40,687 bases of DNA from Octopus sinensis (GCF_006345805.1 NW_021835545.1:1-40687); one strand, 5' to 3'. Shown: positions 11,352-22,966, counted from the stretch's first letter. Notes: generated by a model not told the origin, from the sequence alone. Program-made: numbers and translations.

Positions 11352-11579
11352 GGCGGCGAGCTGGCAGACACGGTAGCACGCCGGGCGAAATGCGTAGCCG
11401 TATTTCATCTGCTGTTACGTTGTGAGTTCAAATTCCGCCGAGGTCGACTTTGCCTTTCATCCTTTCGGGGTCGATAAATTAAGTACCAGTTACGCACTGG
11501 GGTCGATGGAATCGACTTAATCGCTTTGTCTGTCCTTGTTTGTTGTCTGTGTTTAGCCCCTTGTGGTAGTAAAGAAATA
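11352..11579 (+). mobile_element. tRNA-derived SINE monomer (family of 704-1258)
   Basis: ggcggcgagctggcag...gagttcaaattccgccgaggtcgactttgcctttcatcctttcggggtcg...taaagaaata then (TA)n. Confidence 0.92.
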
Positions 11580-11582
11580 TAT

Positions 11583-11650
<68 letters not shown>

Positions 11651-11835
11651 ATCCAAACAAGAAAGCACAGAAAAACACAAATATAGTATTATTGGACGCT
11701 CAGGAAAGAAGGAAAGAAGGAGGGTCTAATGTTTTGAGCGGAGCTCTTCGTCGAAATCATAGGAGAAGGAAAGATCCAGAGAAGGGAAGACAGAGGAAAA
11801 AAATCGCCAACGGTACACACGCGGTCACATATATT

Positions 11836-11919
<84 letters not shown>

Positions 11920-11944
11920 ATATGTGTGTGTGTGTGTGTGTGTT

Positions 11945-12045
11945 TTATTTCAGGTTGTAGCTGCGGGCATGCTGGAGCCAGACTTTGAAGAATTTACAGT
12001 TCAATGAATCGGCTCCAGTACTTGTTTGTTTTTCACCCTAGGACG
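11945..12045. mobile_element. Fragment of a third SINE-like family (related to 21375-21590)
   Basis: tttcaggttgtagctgcgggcatgctggagc resembles tttcagtcgttagactgtggccatgctggggc at about 21380. Confidence 0.45.
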
Positions 12046-12049
12046 TGCG

Positions 12050-12333
12050 GCAGCGTAAACGGCTGAGGAAAAATATCCTTCAGAGGACCATCATGCTTTC
12101 CTGTTCTCTCGTTCTGAATGTTCTCAAATTTCATCCGTACAGCCGCCTGATTTTTATTGGCAACTCATTCGTAGGTGTCTTGAATGACGCATCACTACTC
12201 ATGTCAATGCTCACGACATGCACATATTTTGGTTCATGTATTTCCATCCATCGTAGGCCAGTTGCATCCGACTGCCATTTCATTCAGTTTCGGCTGCTGG
12301 TAGTGCCGGGCTTGGAAATTCCCAGCAATAAAC
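12050..12333 (-). mobile_element. Probable decayed RTE-like RT remnant
   Basis: Collinear minus-strand peptides in shifting frames: IAGNFQAR (cf. IAGKILAR), HVVSIDMSS (cf. FIDFSKAF), KIRRLYG, and KFENI...HDG...DIFP. Confidence 0.4.
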
Positions 12334-13157
12334 CTGCAAGTTTTTATATATATATTCAAACATGTATACATATAAGATCACATGGCCGCTACTTCCGAAA
12401 TGAAAAGTCAGAAAAATGTCAAAGTTTTCAGTTCTTAAGTACCAGTAACTATTTCAACTTATTGCTTCTTTTACAATTGTTGCTATGGTTGTTATCGTTC
12501 ATGTTGTTTTTCTTGTTGCATTTGTTTAGCACCAGGTCAGATAAGATGAGACTTTCTATCTAGCACCGTTTTCTTCGTTCTGTGTATTGCGATGCCCTCT
12601 AAAGTTCCCATAAGTATTTCTGTTTCATATATAGACTCAATTGTTGCAATTTGTTTTCACTTTTGTTTCTTCGATTGTTTTGCTTCTATTCTAATATCTG
12701 ATATCTCCTTTGTGCTTTTGAAATGTGATATATCTAAATATATGATTGCCTTGTTTATACGGATCTGTATCATCTCACCCATGAGATCGTCTGGTTCTCA
12801 GATATGTGTTTGCTTATATAAAACTTGCGCCTATAATTGCGTATAATTTCAATCTATTTTTGGTATGTTATATTACTGTAAATCAAACTTCTATTGTTTA
12901 TTATTCTTTGATCTCTTTCGTTTTCGCTTGATTGCTACGAATGTCAATATCTGACATATTTGATGGAGTAGACTCATTTTAAAGAACCCAAACACTTTTG
13001 TTATTTTTCATGTTCTCACTGTTATTATTGATGTTGTTATCATTTCGGCGGTTGTTGTTGCTTTCGTTGCCGTTTTATTGAACCCTCGCTCAAACCTGAT
13101 CGGAAAGACCTACTTCAATGTAATCCAGACGTGACGTTCCTGTCTTTATTCCACAGA

Positions 13158-14522
13158 AAAGAGTTTAGGGACAGTAGAAATCAGGAGGGGCATCTTCCAC
13201 GGAGACTGCCTGTCCCCACTGGTATTTGTACTGTGTTGATACCACTAACACTGATTCCGAGGAAAGAAAAAGCTGGGTATGTATTCAAGAGCCGCCAACA
13301 AAATATCAACCATTTGTTATTCATAGATGATCTCAAACTTTATGGTAAAGATGAAGCCTAAGTCAGTTCCCTCGTTGATACGGTGTATACCTTCAGTGCT
13401 GATATTAGAATGGAGTACGGACTGAGAAAGTATAGTGTATTAGTCTTGAAGAGAGGCATAATCAAATGTATGGAGGGCTAACGATACTGCCGGGGGAGGT
13501 TATTAAGCAGTTAGAAGAAACGGTCTATAAGTACTTGGGGATTTTGGAAATGAATACATTGATGGAGAAAGAAATGACAGAAAAATTTAAGGTGGAGTAC
13601 TTGCGCAGACTACTTCTTAAGTCGAAATTAAATGGACGGAATAAGTTATCGACACATGGGAGGTTTCACTCCCTAGATATTGATCAGGGGCTATCGAATG
13701 GATAGTAGACGAACTGAACAGCTTAGACAGAAAGACAAGGAAGTTGCTAACTCTATATGGGTCACTCCACCCAAAAAGTGACACAAACAGACTATGTACC
13801 AAGAAAAAGAGGGGGAAGAGGACTTATTGGATGCGAACACAGCATTAGAGAAGAAAACAACATAGCATGGTATGTAAAAAATGCCACAGAACCGCTATTA
13901 TTAGAAGACAGTCAGTCTTGTGTAGGATGAAAGATTTCAAAGATAAAGCACTGTACAAGAAATAGAAAACGAGTGAAACTGAAAATAGGTGGGTAAAGAA
14001 AAGAATGCAAGGTCAATTTCATAGGGATCTTGAAGACAAGACAAACAGAGAGAAAATGGCTGTGGATAACTAAAAGTGATTTAAAACCGGAAATGAAGGC
14101 TCTAATCTGTGCTGCCCAAGAACGAAGCACTAAGAACAAACTACATAAAATACGGAATAGACAACACAGCAGAAAGTGATAAGTGCAAAAATTGGTGCCA
14201 CCACAAACCCGAAGGCATCGTCGAAAATAGAAATGCAAAGATCCCACGGGATTCTATGATTCATTGTGACCATGGGATAGATAATAGGAAGCTGGACATA
14301 GTCTTAATTGAGGAAGGAAACAAACTATGCTGGATCATATATATATAGCATACCCAGCTGACAACAAGGTATGCGATAAGGAAGAAAGAAAAGTCGAGAG
14401 ATATGACAGGTTAGCTTGGGAAGTTAAGCAGTTGTGGTCGAGGAAAAAGGTGGTAGTAGTACCAATAATCGTCGACGCGCTAGGAACAGTGAGCAAATAT
14501 ATCGAGAAGTACGTGGAACAAA
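13158..14522 (+). mobile_element. R4/Dong-like non-LTR retrotransposon fragment: RT plus restriction-like endonuclease, decayed
   Basis: RRGIFHGDCLSPL, NHLLFIDDLKLYGK, YKYLGILE, LKSKLNGRNK, then RKLDIVL...IYIAYPADNKVCDKEERKVERYDRL...VVPIIVDALGTV. Stops and frameshifts. Ends directly in (TAA)n. Confidence 0.9.
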
Positions 14523-14548
14523 TAATAATAATAATAATATTATTATTA

Positions 14549-14589
<41 letters not shown>

Positions 14590-14750
14590 TATTATTATTA
14601 TTATTATTCAGTAGTTTTATTTTTATAGCGTGCTTTCACTTCACTACCGAGCGCAGCTCTGTGTGCCTTGGGTATGTAGTGTGATTTGTTGTGATGCTGT
14701 TATCATTATTATTATTATTATAATTATTATTGTTATTATTATTATTATTA

Positions 14751-14781
<31 letters not shown>

Positions 14782-14850
14782 ACAACAACAACAACAATAA
14801 TAATAGCAACAACAACAACAACAACAACAATAATAATAATAATAATAATA
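14522..14850. repeat. (TAA)n/(TTA)n/(AAC)n arrays in alternating orientation
   Basis: Direct reading; interrupted by the unique segment 14607-14705. Confidence 0.9.
14607..14705 (-). mobile_element. Probable 3' terminus of another (TAA)-tailed LINE family
   Basis: Minus strand reads ...cccaaggcacacagagctgcgctcggtagtgaagtgaaagcacgctataaaaataaaactactg-aataataat. I recall this as a high-copy octopus LINE end; not verified. Confidence 0.45.
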
Positions 14851-14879
14851 GCAATAATTGCTGTATAATACGTGCACAG

Positions 14880-15660
14880 GAATCTCAATGGAACATCGTA
14901 TTTTTTTCTGATGAACAAAATTGCTGGAAATGTCATATGAATGCTGAAATCAACTTTCAATTAGGAAATGATTGTTGATGACTGTCACAATAGAAGAAAA
15001 AAAGCCAGTGGTGTGTTTTGACAACAGAACGGCTTTGATAGACTTCCTCACAAGTGAACTGGAGGCTTCCAAAATTTTACTAATTGTCAGAGATATTTTA
15101 ACCTCGGGGATGTCTTAACGAAACGCTAGAAAATACGATTAATTCTCAACATAAACCCTGGGGGAGTCAATATTAGTTGTGGACCCTCAAAGGCGATCTA
15201 TGCTTCCTTTGTTATTCTGTTCACCACTGTTTTCCAAAGTAAACCGGAATGAAATATGCATATTATGTGCATAGAAAAAATATCAGCCATTTTCTCTAAA
15301 CGTGTGACTCGAAAATGTAAAACTGAGCCAAGCCTGGAAGGGATGCTCCACACAGACAAATAATGTAGTGATGATATCAAAATGGATTTTGAATTTGATA
15401 AATGTGTCAAGTTTACATTTTCTCGGCGGGATTTAAGCTATCAAACATATGTGACATTATCCTAGAGAGAGTTACCGAATAAAAATGATTTAGAAACACA
15501 AGTATTTAGTTATCTGACCAGCAGATGGAAATAAACATTTATTCATGAGAGAAGAAGGAATTCTATGGCAGAATGTTATTCTAAAAACCTAGGTAAATCC
15601 CAGAAACAAAACTGAGGCCATAAATATGTTATGTTAGTCATTTGACCACAAAACGATGTC
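14880..15660 (+). mobile_element. Older R4/Dong-like RT remnant (RT domains about 2-7)
   Basis: Collinear peptides across frameshifts: FSDEQNC, KMIVDDCHNRRKK, A-FDRLPHK, KGDL, KNISHF, CSDDIKMDFEFDKCVK, and RNKTEAINML. Confidence 0.6.
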
Positions 15661-17109
15661 TTACTCTCTGGGTTGAAAATGTTTAGATCATAGTGTTTGG
15701 GTTTCTTTCAATAATTTACAACTACCTAAAATTGTTATCAGGACACTTTATCTGTTTGTTATGACTTACGACATATTTTGCTATTAAAATGTCTTCCATG
15801 ACAAATGTCGTTGTTTTCCATTACTTTATCGATTATATCATAGAGTTACCGATCTTGTTATTCCTTTGAGTTGCGAAATGTAATGTCTTCTGGTTCGGTG
15901 CTACGCGTACAGTGATCAAACAACATATCGATACTATATCCGCTTGAAATATTGGTAATTGATCACTCACAGAGACGCTGCAGCCTTTTTAGCACTTGTG
16001 CTGACCCCACGCTCTCTCGCTCTCTCTCTCTCCCTCTCTCCCTCTCTCTCTCTCTCCTTCTCTCTCTCTCTCTCTCCGTGCCTCTCATTTCTATCACTTA
16101 TATAAAGGCTTCTCTTCTTTGGAGTTGACTGGTTTTTACCACCTCTAATCAGACATTCGAGATCCTCATATCTCTTCATTTCTTCTGAATTTGGTTGCGT
16201 TTAACACTCCAGGTCACACACTAGTTACAAGCTCCATTCTTTTCTTTATAGAACAACGCCCTTCTGCAATTTCTTCTATACTCTTACTTCCTGAAGATAT
16301 TGACGTAATTACCTGCAAGAGAAACAAGGTCTCGAAGTGTCAGCCATGGCCAAATACAGGCAGGTAAATATAAAAAGTTTTTTCCAATGGCAGGCCCTTT
16401 CTCTAGATGAATGATCTGTCGGAGAGAATGTGTAGTGGTTGAGTGACGGTGTTAAAATAACACACATGGAGACTGTCATCCTGTATCACTCTTTATTCCG
16501 TTTGATTTATAGAATCGTACCTTCTTTGTTATTGCTTTGTTTTATTGTTTTCCTCTGTTCAACTTGGCGTTAGCAAATATCTCAAATTCTTCTTCATAGA
16601 AATGTGTTTCCTGAATTTGTAGATTGTTGGAAATCAATATTCTGCCATATTGTCTTCTGTGGTGATACATTTGCAAATCAAATATGTATACCAGGTAAAA
16701 TATCGACTTCGTTATAGAAGATGTAGTTACATGCAGTCTCGGACGACAATGTAAGACAACTAATCCGTCTCTGCGACAAGAGATCTTCTTGAAAAACATT
16801 GCTTTACTTTAAGAAATTAGATTAAATATTTATTCTTTCTGTTTTCATAATATCAATATTAATTTCAGTCTTTCATATCATACGTAATTCTATAGTGACA
16901 GAACGTCTGGTAATTCCAAAACCCATTAGTATTTGGCTGATATCAAAGAATTATTTATTGTGAAACAAAGCAAATTTAGGATTTTCTTTCATTTTCTTCT
17001 GAAGCTATTTTGTTCTTCACATGTTTGCATATTGCTTGTAATGTACTGCTTATGTTTTATTATCTCTATTTATTAACATAAATTGTTCATTATTTACATT
17101 GTTTACATT

Positions 17110-17228
17110 ATTTAGATTTGACAGATATTTGTCCTCATCTTGTTTGTTGTTAACACGATGTTTCAGCTGATATACCTTCAGCCTTCATCAGGTATCTTCG
17201 GGAAATTTCGTACCTGGGTTCTCATTCC
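17110..17228 (-). mobile_element. Short Penelope pLTR-like repeat fragment carrying a hammerhead motif
   Basis: Short non-coding segment next to (TTA)n that contains the hammerhead core. Family assignment is from recall plus the hammerhead. Confidence 0.5.
17152..17196 (-). ncRNA. Minimal type-I hammerhead ribozyme motif (probably mutated)
   Basis: GAUAC-CUGAUGA-A-GGCUG(loop 9)CAGCU-GAA-ACAU-C-GUGUU. Helix I (5 bp with wobbles) and helix II (5 bp) pair. Helix III ACAU is one substitution from the palindrome ACGU. Confidence 0.55.
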
Positions 17229-17249
17229 TAAGGTATTTTTCGATGTTGA

Positions 17250-17318
<69 letters not shown>

Positions 17319-17453
17319 CATCATCATTATCATTATTATTGTTATTAATAATGATAATAATAATAATAATAATGATAATAATAAGAATAATAATAATAAT
17401 AATTATGATTATTATTATAATTATAATGATGTTAAAATTATTATTATTATTAT
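17228..17453. repeat. (TTA)n-(TAA)n-(TTA)n compound array
   Basis: Direct reading; repeated at 18078-18317. Confidence 0.95.
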
Positions 17454-18076
17454 CATTGACTTTGCGCAGCTTCTAACGCTGCAGATGTACTACAGTGTCA
17501 GCTGTTCACTACCAGTGAACTAAGGTAGCACCTCTTATTTTTTCGAGCACCTGCCCGACTATTCGAGCAGTTCCAAGCAGTGCTGTTTTCTGCAAGTGCT
17601 CCACCTTATTGCAGCCGTATTTGTTCCACGTACTTCTCGAGATTTTTGCTCACTGTTCGCAGGGCTCCGAAAATTTTTGGTACTACTGCTACCTTTTTCA
17701 TCGACCACAACTGCTTAACTTCCCCTAACTATTCTGTCATATCTCTCAACTTTTCTTTCTTCCTTATCGCATACCTTGCTGTCAGCTGGGCATGCTATAT
17801 CTATGATCCAGCATAGTTTGTTTTCTTTCTCAATTATGACTATGTCCGGCTTCCTATTCTCAATCTCATGGTCGCACTGAATCATAAAATCCCATAGAAA
17901 CTTTGCATGTCTATTTTCGACGATGCTTTCAGTTATGTGGTCGAAGCGTTCTTTTGCTGTCAATCCATAATTTTTGCAGACTGTCCAATGGACAAGCCTG
18001 GCTATATTGTCGTGGCAGCTCATATTCCTTATGGGCTAGTGGCGTACATTGGCTGGTAATATGCCATATGGTTTCA

Positions 18077-18077
<1 letters not shown>
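17454..18077 (-). mobile_element. 5'-truncated R4/Dong-like LINE 3' end, copy 1
   Basis: ETIWHITSQC...HDNIARLVHW...RKPDIVII...IIDIACPAD...KVERYDR...EHLQKTALLGTARIVGQVL. PD..D-type RLE motifs. Both ends abut TAA repeats. Confidence 0.92.
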
Positions 18078-18118
<41 letters not shown>

Positions 18119-18129
18119 TATTATTATTA

Positions 18130-18183
<54 letters not shown>

Positions 18184-18317
18184 CATCATCATTATCATTA
18201 TTATTGTTATTAATAATGATAATAATATAATAATAATGATAATAATAAGAATAATAATAATAATAATTATGATTATTATTATAATTATAATGATGTTAAA
18301 ATTATTATTATTATTAT

Positions 18318-18941
18318 CATTGACTTTGCGCAGCTTCTAACGCTGCAGATGTACTACAGTGTCAGCTGTTCACTACCAGTGAACTAAGGTAGCACCTCTT
18401 ATTTTTTCGAGCACCTGCCCGACTATTCGAGCAGTTCCAAGCAGTGCTGTTTTCTGCAAGTGCTCCACCCTTATTGCAGCCGTATTTGTTCCACGTACTT
18501 CTCGAGATTTTTGCTCACTGTTCGCAGGACTCCGAAAATTTTTGGTACTACTGCTACCTTTTTCATCGACCACAACTGCTTAACTTCCCCTAACTATTCT
18601 GTCATATCTCTCAACTTTTCTTTCTTCCTTATCGCATACCTTGCTGTCAGCTGGGCATGCTATATCTATGATCCAGCATAGTTTGTTTTCTTTCTCAATT
18701 ATGACTATGTCCGGCTTCCTATTCTCAATCTCATGGTCGCACTGAATCATAAAATCCCATAGAAACTTTGCATGTCTATTTTCGACGATGCTTTCAGTTA
18801 TGTGGTCGAAGCGTTCTTTTGCTGTCAATCCATAATTTTTGCAGACTGTCCAATGGACAAGCCTGGCTATATTGTCGTGGCAGCTCATATTCCTTATGGG
18901 CTAGTGGCGTACATTGGCTGGTAATATGCCATATGGTTTCA

Positions 18942-18942
<1 letters not shown>
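18318..18942 (-). mobile_element. 5'-truncated R4/Dong-like LINE 3' end, copy 2 (tandem duplicate)
   Basis: Near-identical to copy 1 at offset 864/865. Differences seen: a 1-bp indel (ccacctt/ccaccctt) and one substitution (cagggct/caggact). Confidence 0.92.
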
Positions 18943-18992
<50 letters not shown>

Positions 18993-19008
18993 GTTGTTGT
19001 TGTTGTTG

Positions 19009-19039
<31 letters not shown>

Positions 19040-19090
19040 ATTATTATTATCATTTTTATTATTATTATTATCATTATTATTATTATTATC
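18943..19090. repeat. (TTA)n/(TTG)n array
   Basis: Direct reading. Confidence 0.95.
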
Positions 19091-19103
19091 AGCAGCAAGT
19101 GAA

Positions 19104-19283
19104 GGCAGTGAGCTGGCAGAAACGTTAGCACGCCGGGCGAAATGTTTAGCTACGTTCCGATTTCAAATTCCAATGAAGTCGACTTTGCCTTTCATCCTTT
19201 CGGCCGTCGATTAAAATAAGTACCAGTAACGCACTGAGGTTGATGCAATTGTCTTAGTCACCCTGTGGCAAAAATTTGAAATC
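19104..19283 (+). mobile_element. tRNA-derived SINE with an internal deletion
   Basis: ggcagtgagctggcagaaacgttagcacgccgggcgaaatg...gtcgactttgcctttcatcctttcgg...aaaatttgaaatc. Confidence 0.85.
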
Positions 19284-19319
19284 ATTATTATCAGCTGCAC
19301 GTCCATCAAATTCCGTGAC

Positions 19320-19364
19320 TGCAGCAGCAATGATAGCAGTAACAGCAGCAGGAGAAACAGCAAC

Positions 19365-19407
<43 letters not shown>

Positions 19408-20002
19408 ATTTATTTACGAATTGCCTTCTTGCTGATTGCTCATGTCTCGAAGCCAAATGAAAATCTAATTCAATACCAATAATTCGTTCAAAGAAAAAAA
19501 AATTCTGCTGCAACTACTACTACTACTACTACTACTACTACTGTTGCTGCTGCTGCTGCTACTACTACTACCACTCAAAAGATAAAAATATACAAAAGTG
19601 TGGAGAATTTGAAGTATGCGGGTCTACCAATGCCTTCCCGTAACCATCACAACGATCCTCCTCAGCCTCCTCGTCATCCTCATCATCGTCATCGCCATCA
19701 TTATCACTATCATAATGACCATCATATCATGAACATCATCATCATCATCACCTACGAAGTTGTCGACGTCCTCGACGCCATCATCACCACCATCCAAGAT
19801 GGTGAAGACGATAATTATCATCATCATCATAGGAACAACATCGACACCTTCGCCATCGTCATCGCCATCACCACCAACACCACCACTACCACCACCAACA
19901 CCAACACCGCCGCCGCCACCGCAACGATAATTATCTTCATCATCACTATCCCCAGCAACAGCGTCACTTTTTTGCCCAAACCACCTCCACCATCACCAAC
20001 AC

Positions 20003-20041
<39 letters not shown>

Positions 20042-20235
20042 AACATGATCATTGCAATCAGTGGCACCACCACCATAATCATCACCACCGCCAATACAAT
20101 CATCACCACCACCACCATATCATCATCATCATTATCAACATTATCGTCATCACCACCATATGATCATTTCAATCAAAGGAACCACCACCGCCACCACCAC
20201 GATCATCATCATCATCATCATTATCGTCGTCATCG
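19320..20235. repeat. Mixed trinucleotide low-complexity region (GCA/GTA, CTA, CAT/CAC)
   Basis: Direct reading. Confidence 0.85.
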
Positions 20236-20716
20236 TATTTCTGATTTTTCCCCCTTCTACGTTAGCAAATGTCTTCCATTTTCACACCAGGGGCGCTTCC
20301 AATGTAACACCGAGCAGCAAACATTATGGAGAAGTTATTTTCCGGTTCCTCGAGCAAGTTTCTTCCACTGAGAGCTGAAATCTTCATTTTCCCCCTCTTT
20401 TCTCTCCTTCTTTTCTATTCACTTTTTCTTTTCTTTCATTTTTTTTGCTTTTTTTTTACTATTTGAACATTTTACCGCCACCTTTTAACTTCAATCACAA
20501 CCAACCAGTTTTGACAGCTGATTCACTAAACTACGTAAAAACGACATATTTAATAATTCCAAATAAACGTTTCATATCAATTCAATCAAACTATTTGTCC
20601 GCCATATTTAGACAGACGGTTATCTTTCGGTTAAACATGGCTGATTGAGGAATGGACAACTTTAGAAACCAGACATTTTTGTTTCGAATTTTCAATGGCA
20701 GCTAAACTTTTTAGTA

Positions 20717-21190
20717 GATATTCTTCTTCTTCTTCTTCTTCTTCTTCTTCTTCTTCTTCTTCTTCTTCTTCTTCTTTTCTCCTTCTTCTTCTTCTTCTTC
20801 TTCTTCTTCTTCTTCTTCTTCTTCTTCTTCTTCTTCTTCTTCTTCTTCTTCTTCTTCTTCTTCTTCGTCTTATTATCATTCAGCATCTTTTTAGTTTTTC
20901 TTCACCGACTCCTACTTCTTCTTGTGTCTTTGTTGCATCATCATCATCATCATTGATTTTCTCTTTCGTTTGTATTTTTCTTCTTCTTCTTCTTCTTTTC
21001 TTCTTCTTCTTCTCCTCCTCCTCCCATTCCGCATTCTATTCTTTCTTCACCTCTCCTACTACTGTCCTGCTCTCCTCTCTCATTCTTTTTCCTCCTTCTC
21101 CCCTTCCACATTCTCCTTCTTTTCTTTCTTCACCTCTCCTACTACTCTCTTTTTCCTTCTTTTACTCCTCCACCTTCAACTTCTTCAGTT
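20717..21190. repeat. (TTC)n and polypyrimidine tract
   Basis: Near-perfect (ttc)n at about 20720-20865, followed by CT-rich sequence. Confidence 0.95.
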
Positions 21191-21374
21191 CACTAATTTG
21201 ACAACATAATAATATAATCCACAGGACTAACTGTTATTAGTAAACTTATATAAATAAAAACAAACAAAATGGTTTATTTCAATCAAACTCGTTAAAGTAT
21301 ATGGATGTAATATTTCTGAACAATCACCATAGCAACATTCATTACGGTTAAATTATTTTTTAAACTTCTTCGTT

Positions 21375-21590
21375 GTATTTCTTTCAGTCGTTAGACTGTG
21401 GCCATGCTGGGGCACCGCGTTGGGGAATTTTAGTCGAGTGAATTAACAGCAGCACATTTTTTAACTTTTAAGCTTGGGACATCTATACGTCTATTTTACC
21501 GAACCATTAGCTTACGAGAATGTAAGCACCTCAACACCGGCTATCAAGCGCCTGTGGGGTACAAACATAGGCACAAGGACTCATACAAAC
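21375..21590. mobile_element. Third octopus SINE-like family copy (diverged)
   Basis: gactgtggccatgctggggcaccgc...accgaaccattagcttacgagaatgtaagcacctcaacaccggctatcaagcg. Related pieces at 11945 and 39735. Confidence 0.6.
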
Positions 21591-21899
21591 ATATCTATCT
21601 ATCTACCTACCTATCTATATGTCTGTCTTACCACGTATATGGATAACATTTGCCCTGTTAATAATTATACCACACGTTACATATTTATTTCATTATACCA
21701 TGACAATTGTGTGAATAAAATCCCCTTGACAGGCCGCTGGTATTTATATAGTATTAAACAATTTCGGTATGCTATGAATGGTGTGGAATCTCACAATTAT
21801 ATTGATAGAAAGAAAATGGAGAAATATGGATGAATAAATAATTTATTTGTATGACAAAGATGCTGACATTTTTTTTTTATATAATAGCACTACAAGTAA

Positions 21900-22580
21900 A
21901 TTAGAAGTTGTACAGCTTTAAAAGAATTGGCAGATGCGAAAAACCTACATAGAGGTTTCTAATAAGCGAGTATTTGTCAGAAGGCCTCCAGGAAAGCGAA
22001 ACGACCCACGTTACACGACGAAAACAGTGAAATCTGGGATAAGAGTCTGGTGCATTGAGGATACATAAAAAGTGATGGTTCAAGAAAGTTGGTTAAATAC
22101 GCACAGTTACTATAAGACAATTTGATAGCAGACTTGGATGAAGTTGAGATATTTCAGCATAACGGAGCTGCATGCCACAGATCGCATGCAACACAACAGT
22201 ATCTGGTTGATGAAGGTGTTATCACATTGAAAGATTTCCCAGCCCAGAGCCCTGACTAAAATATCATCGATCAAATGTGGACAGAACTATAGAAAAGAGT
22301 TCGTCAGAAGAACCAACGCAGTCTTGAACAGTTGTAGGAGATCAGCCACAGAGAATGGCATCTCGTACCTGTGAGATAGTGAAGGATTTGTACGGAACTC
22401 TTCCCAGGCGCATTGAAGCAATTATTCAAGCTAAGGAAAACCACACGAAATATTAGCATTGTACAAGTAAATTCTTGAAATAAAAATTATGTAATAAATT
22501 TTCATTTAGACTTTTTTCTGCTTGAAAGCACCGTATCATGATTGGTAGGTGTGGGGTGTCCGAAACTTTCGCACGGTCAT
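21900..22580 (+). mobile_element. Tc1-like DNA transposon 3' half (DDE transposase pseudogene plus probable 3' TIR)
   Basis: RVFVRRPPGKRNDPRYTTKTVK...IFQHNGAACH...FPAQSPD*NIIDQMW...LPRRIEAIIQAKENHTKY*. Downstream ggtgtccgaaactttcgcacggtca resembles a Tc1 right end. Confidence 0.9.
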
Positions 22581-22774
22581 TTTTGGTGGTCGCCTCATCT
22601 CTTCCCTTCATTTAGAACCCCTACTACAAAATATAATGATTAGGTATGGAAATGACCTCGGCAGGGCCAATGTTTCATCTGTAAAAAATGCAACGCGAAA
22701 CATCGTCATATAATTTGGCAATTAGTAGAAATTTAGAATAGTTAAAAGTGGCCGAAACCTATTGTACAGTACTG

Positions 22775-22806
<32 letters not shown>

Positions 22807-22966
22807 GTGTGTGGTGTGTGTGCGTGTGTGTGTGTGTGTGCGTGTGTGTGTCCGTCTGTCTGTGTCTCGCTGTCTCTGTATATATGTATAGATACACAGA
22901 TATACATACATATATATATATCTATATATCTGTCTCTTTCTCTTTCTCTCTCTCTCTCTCTCTCCC

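Noticed and set aside
20290-20383. Possible minus-strand exon (LSGRNLLEEPENNFSIMFAARCYIGSAP)
   Set aside because: Purine-rich acceptor context, phase incompatible with the other candidates, and no homology recognised.
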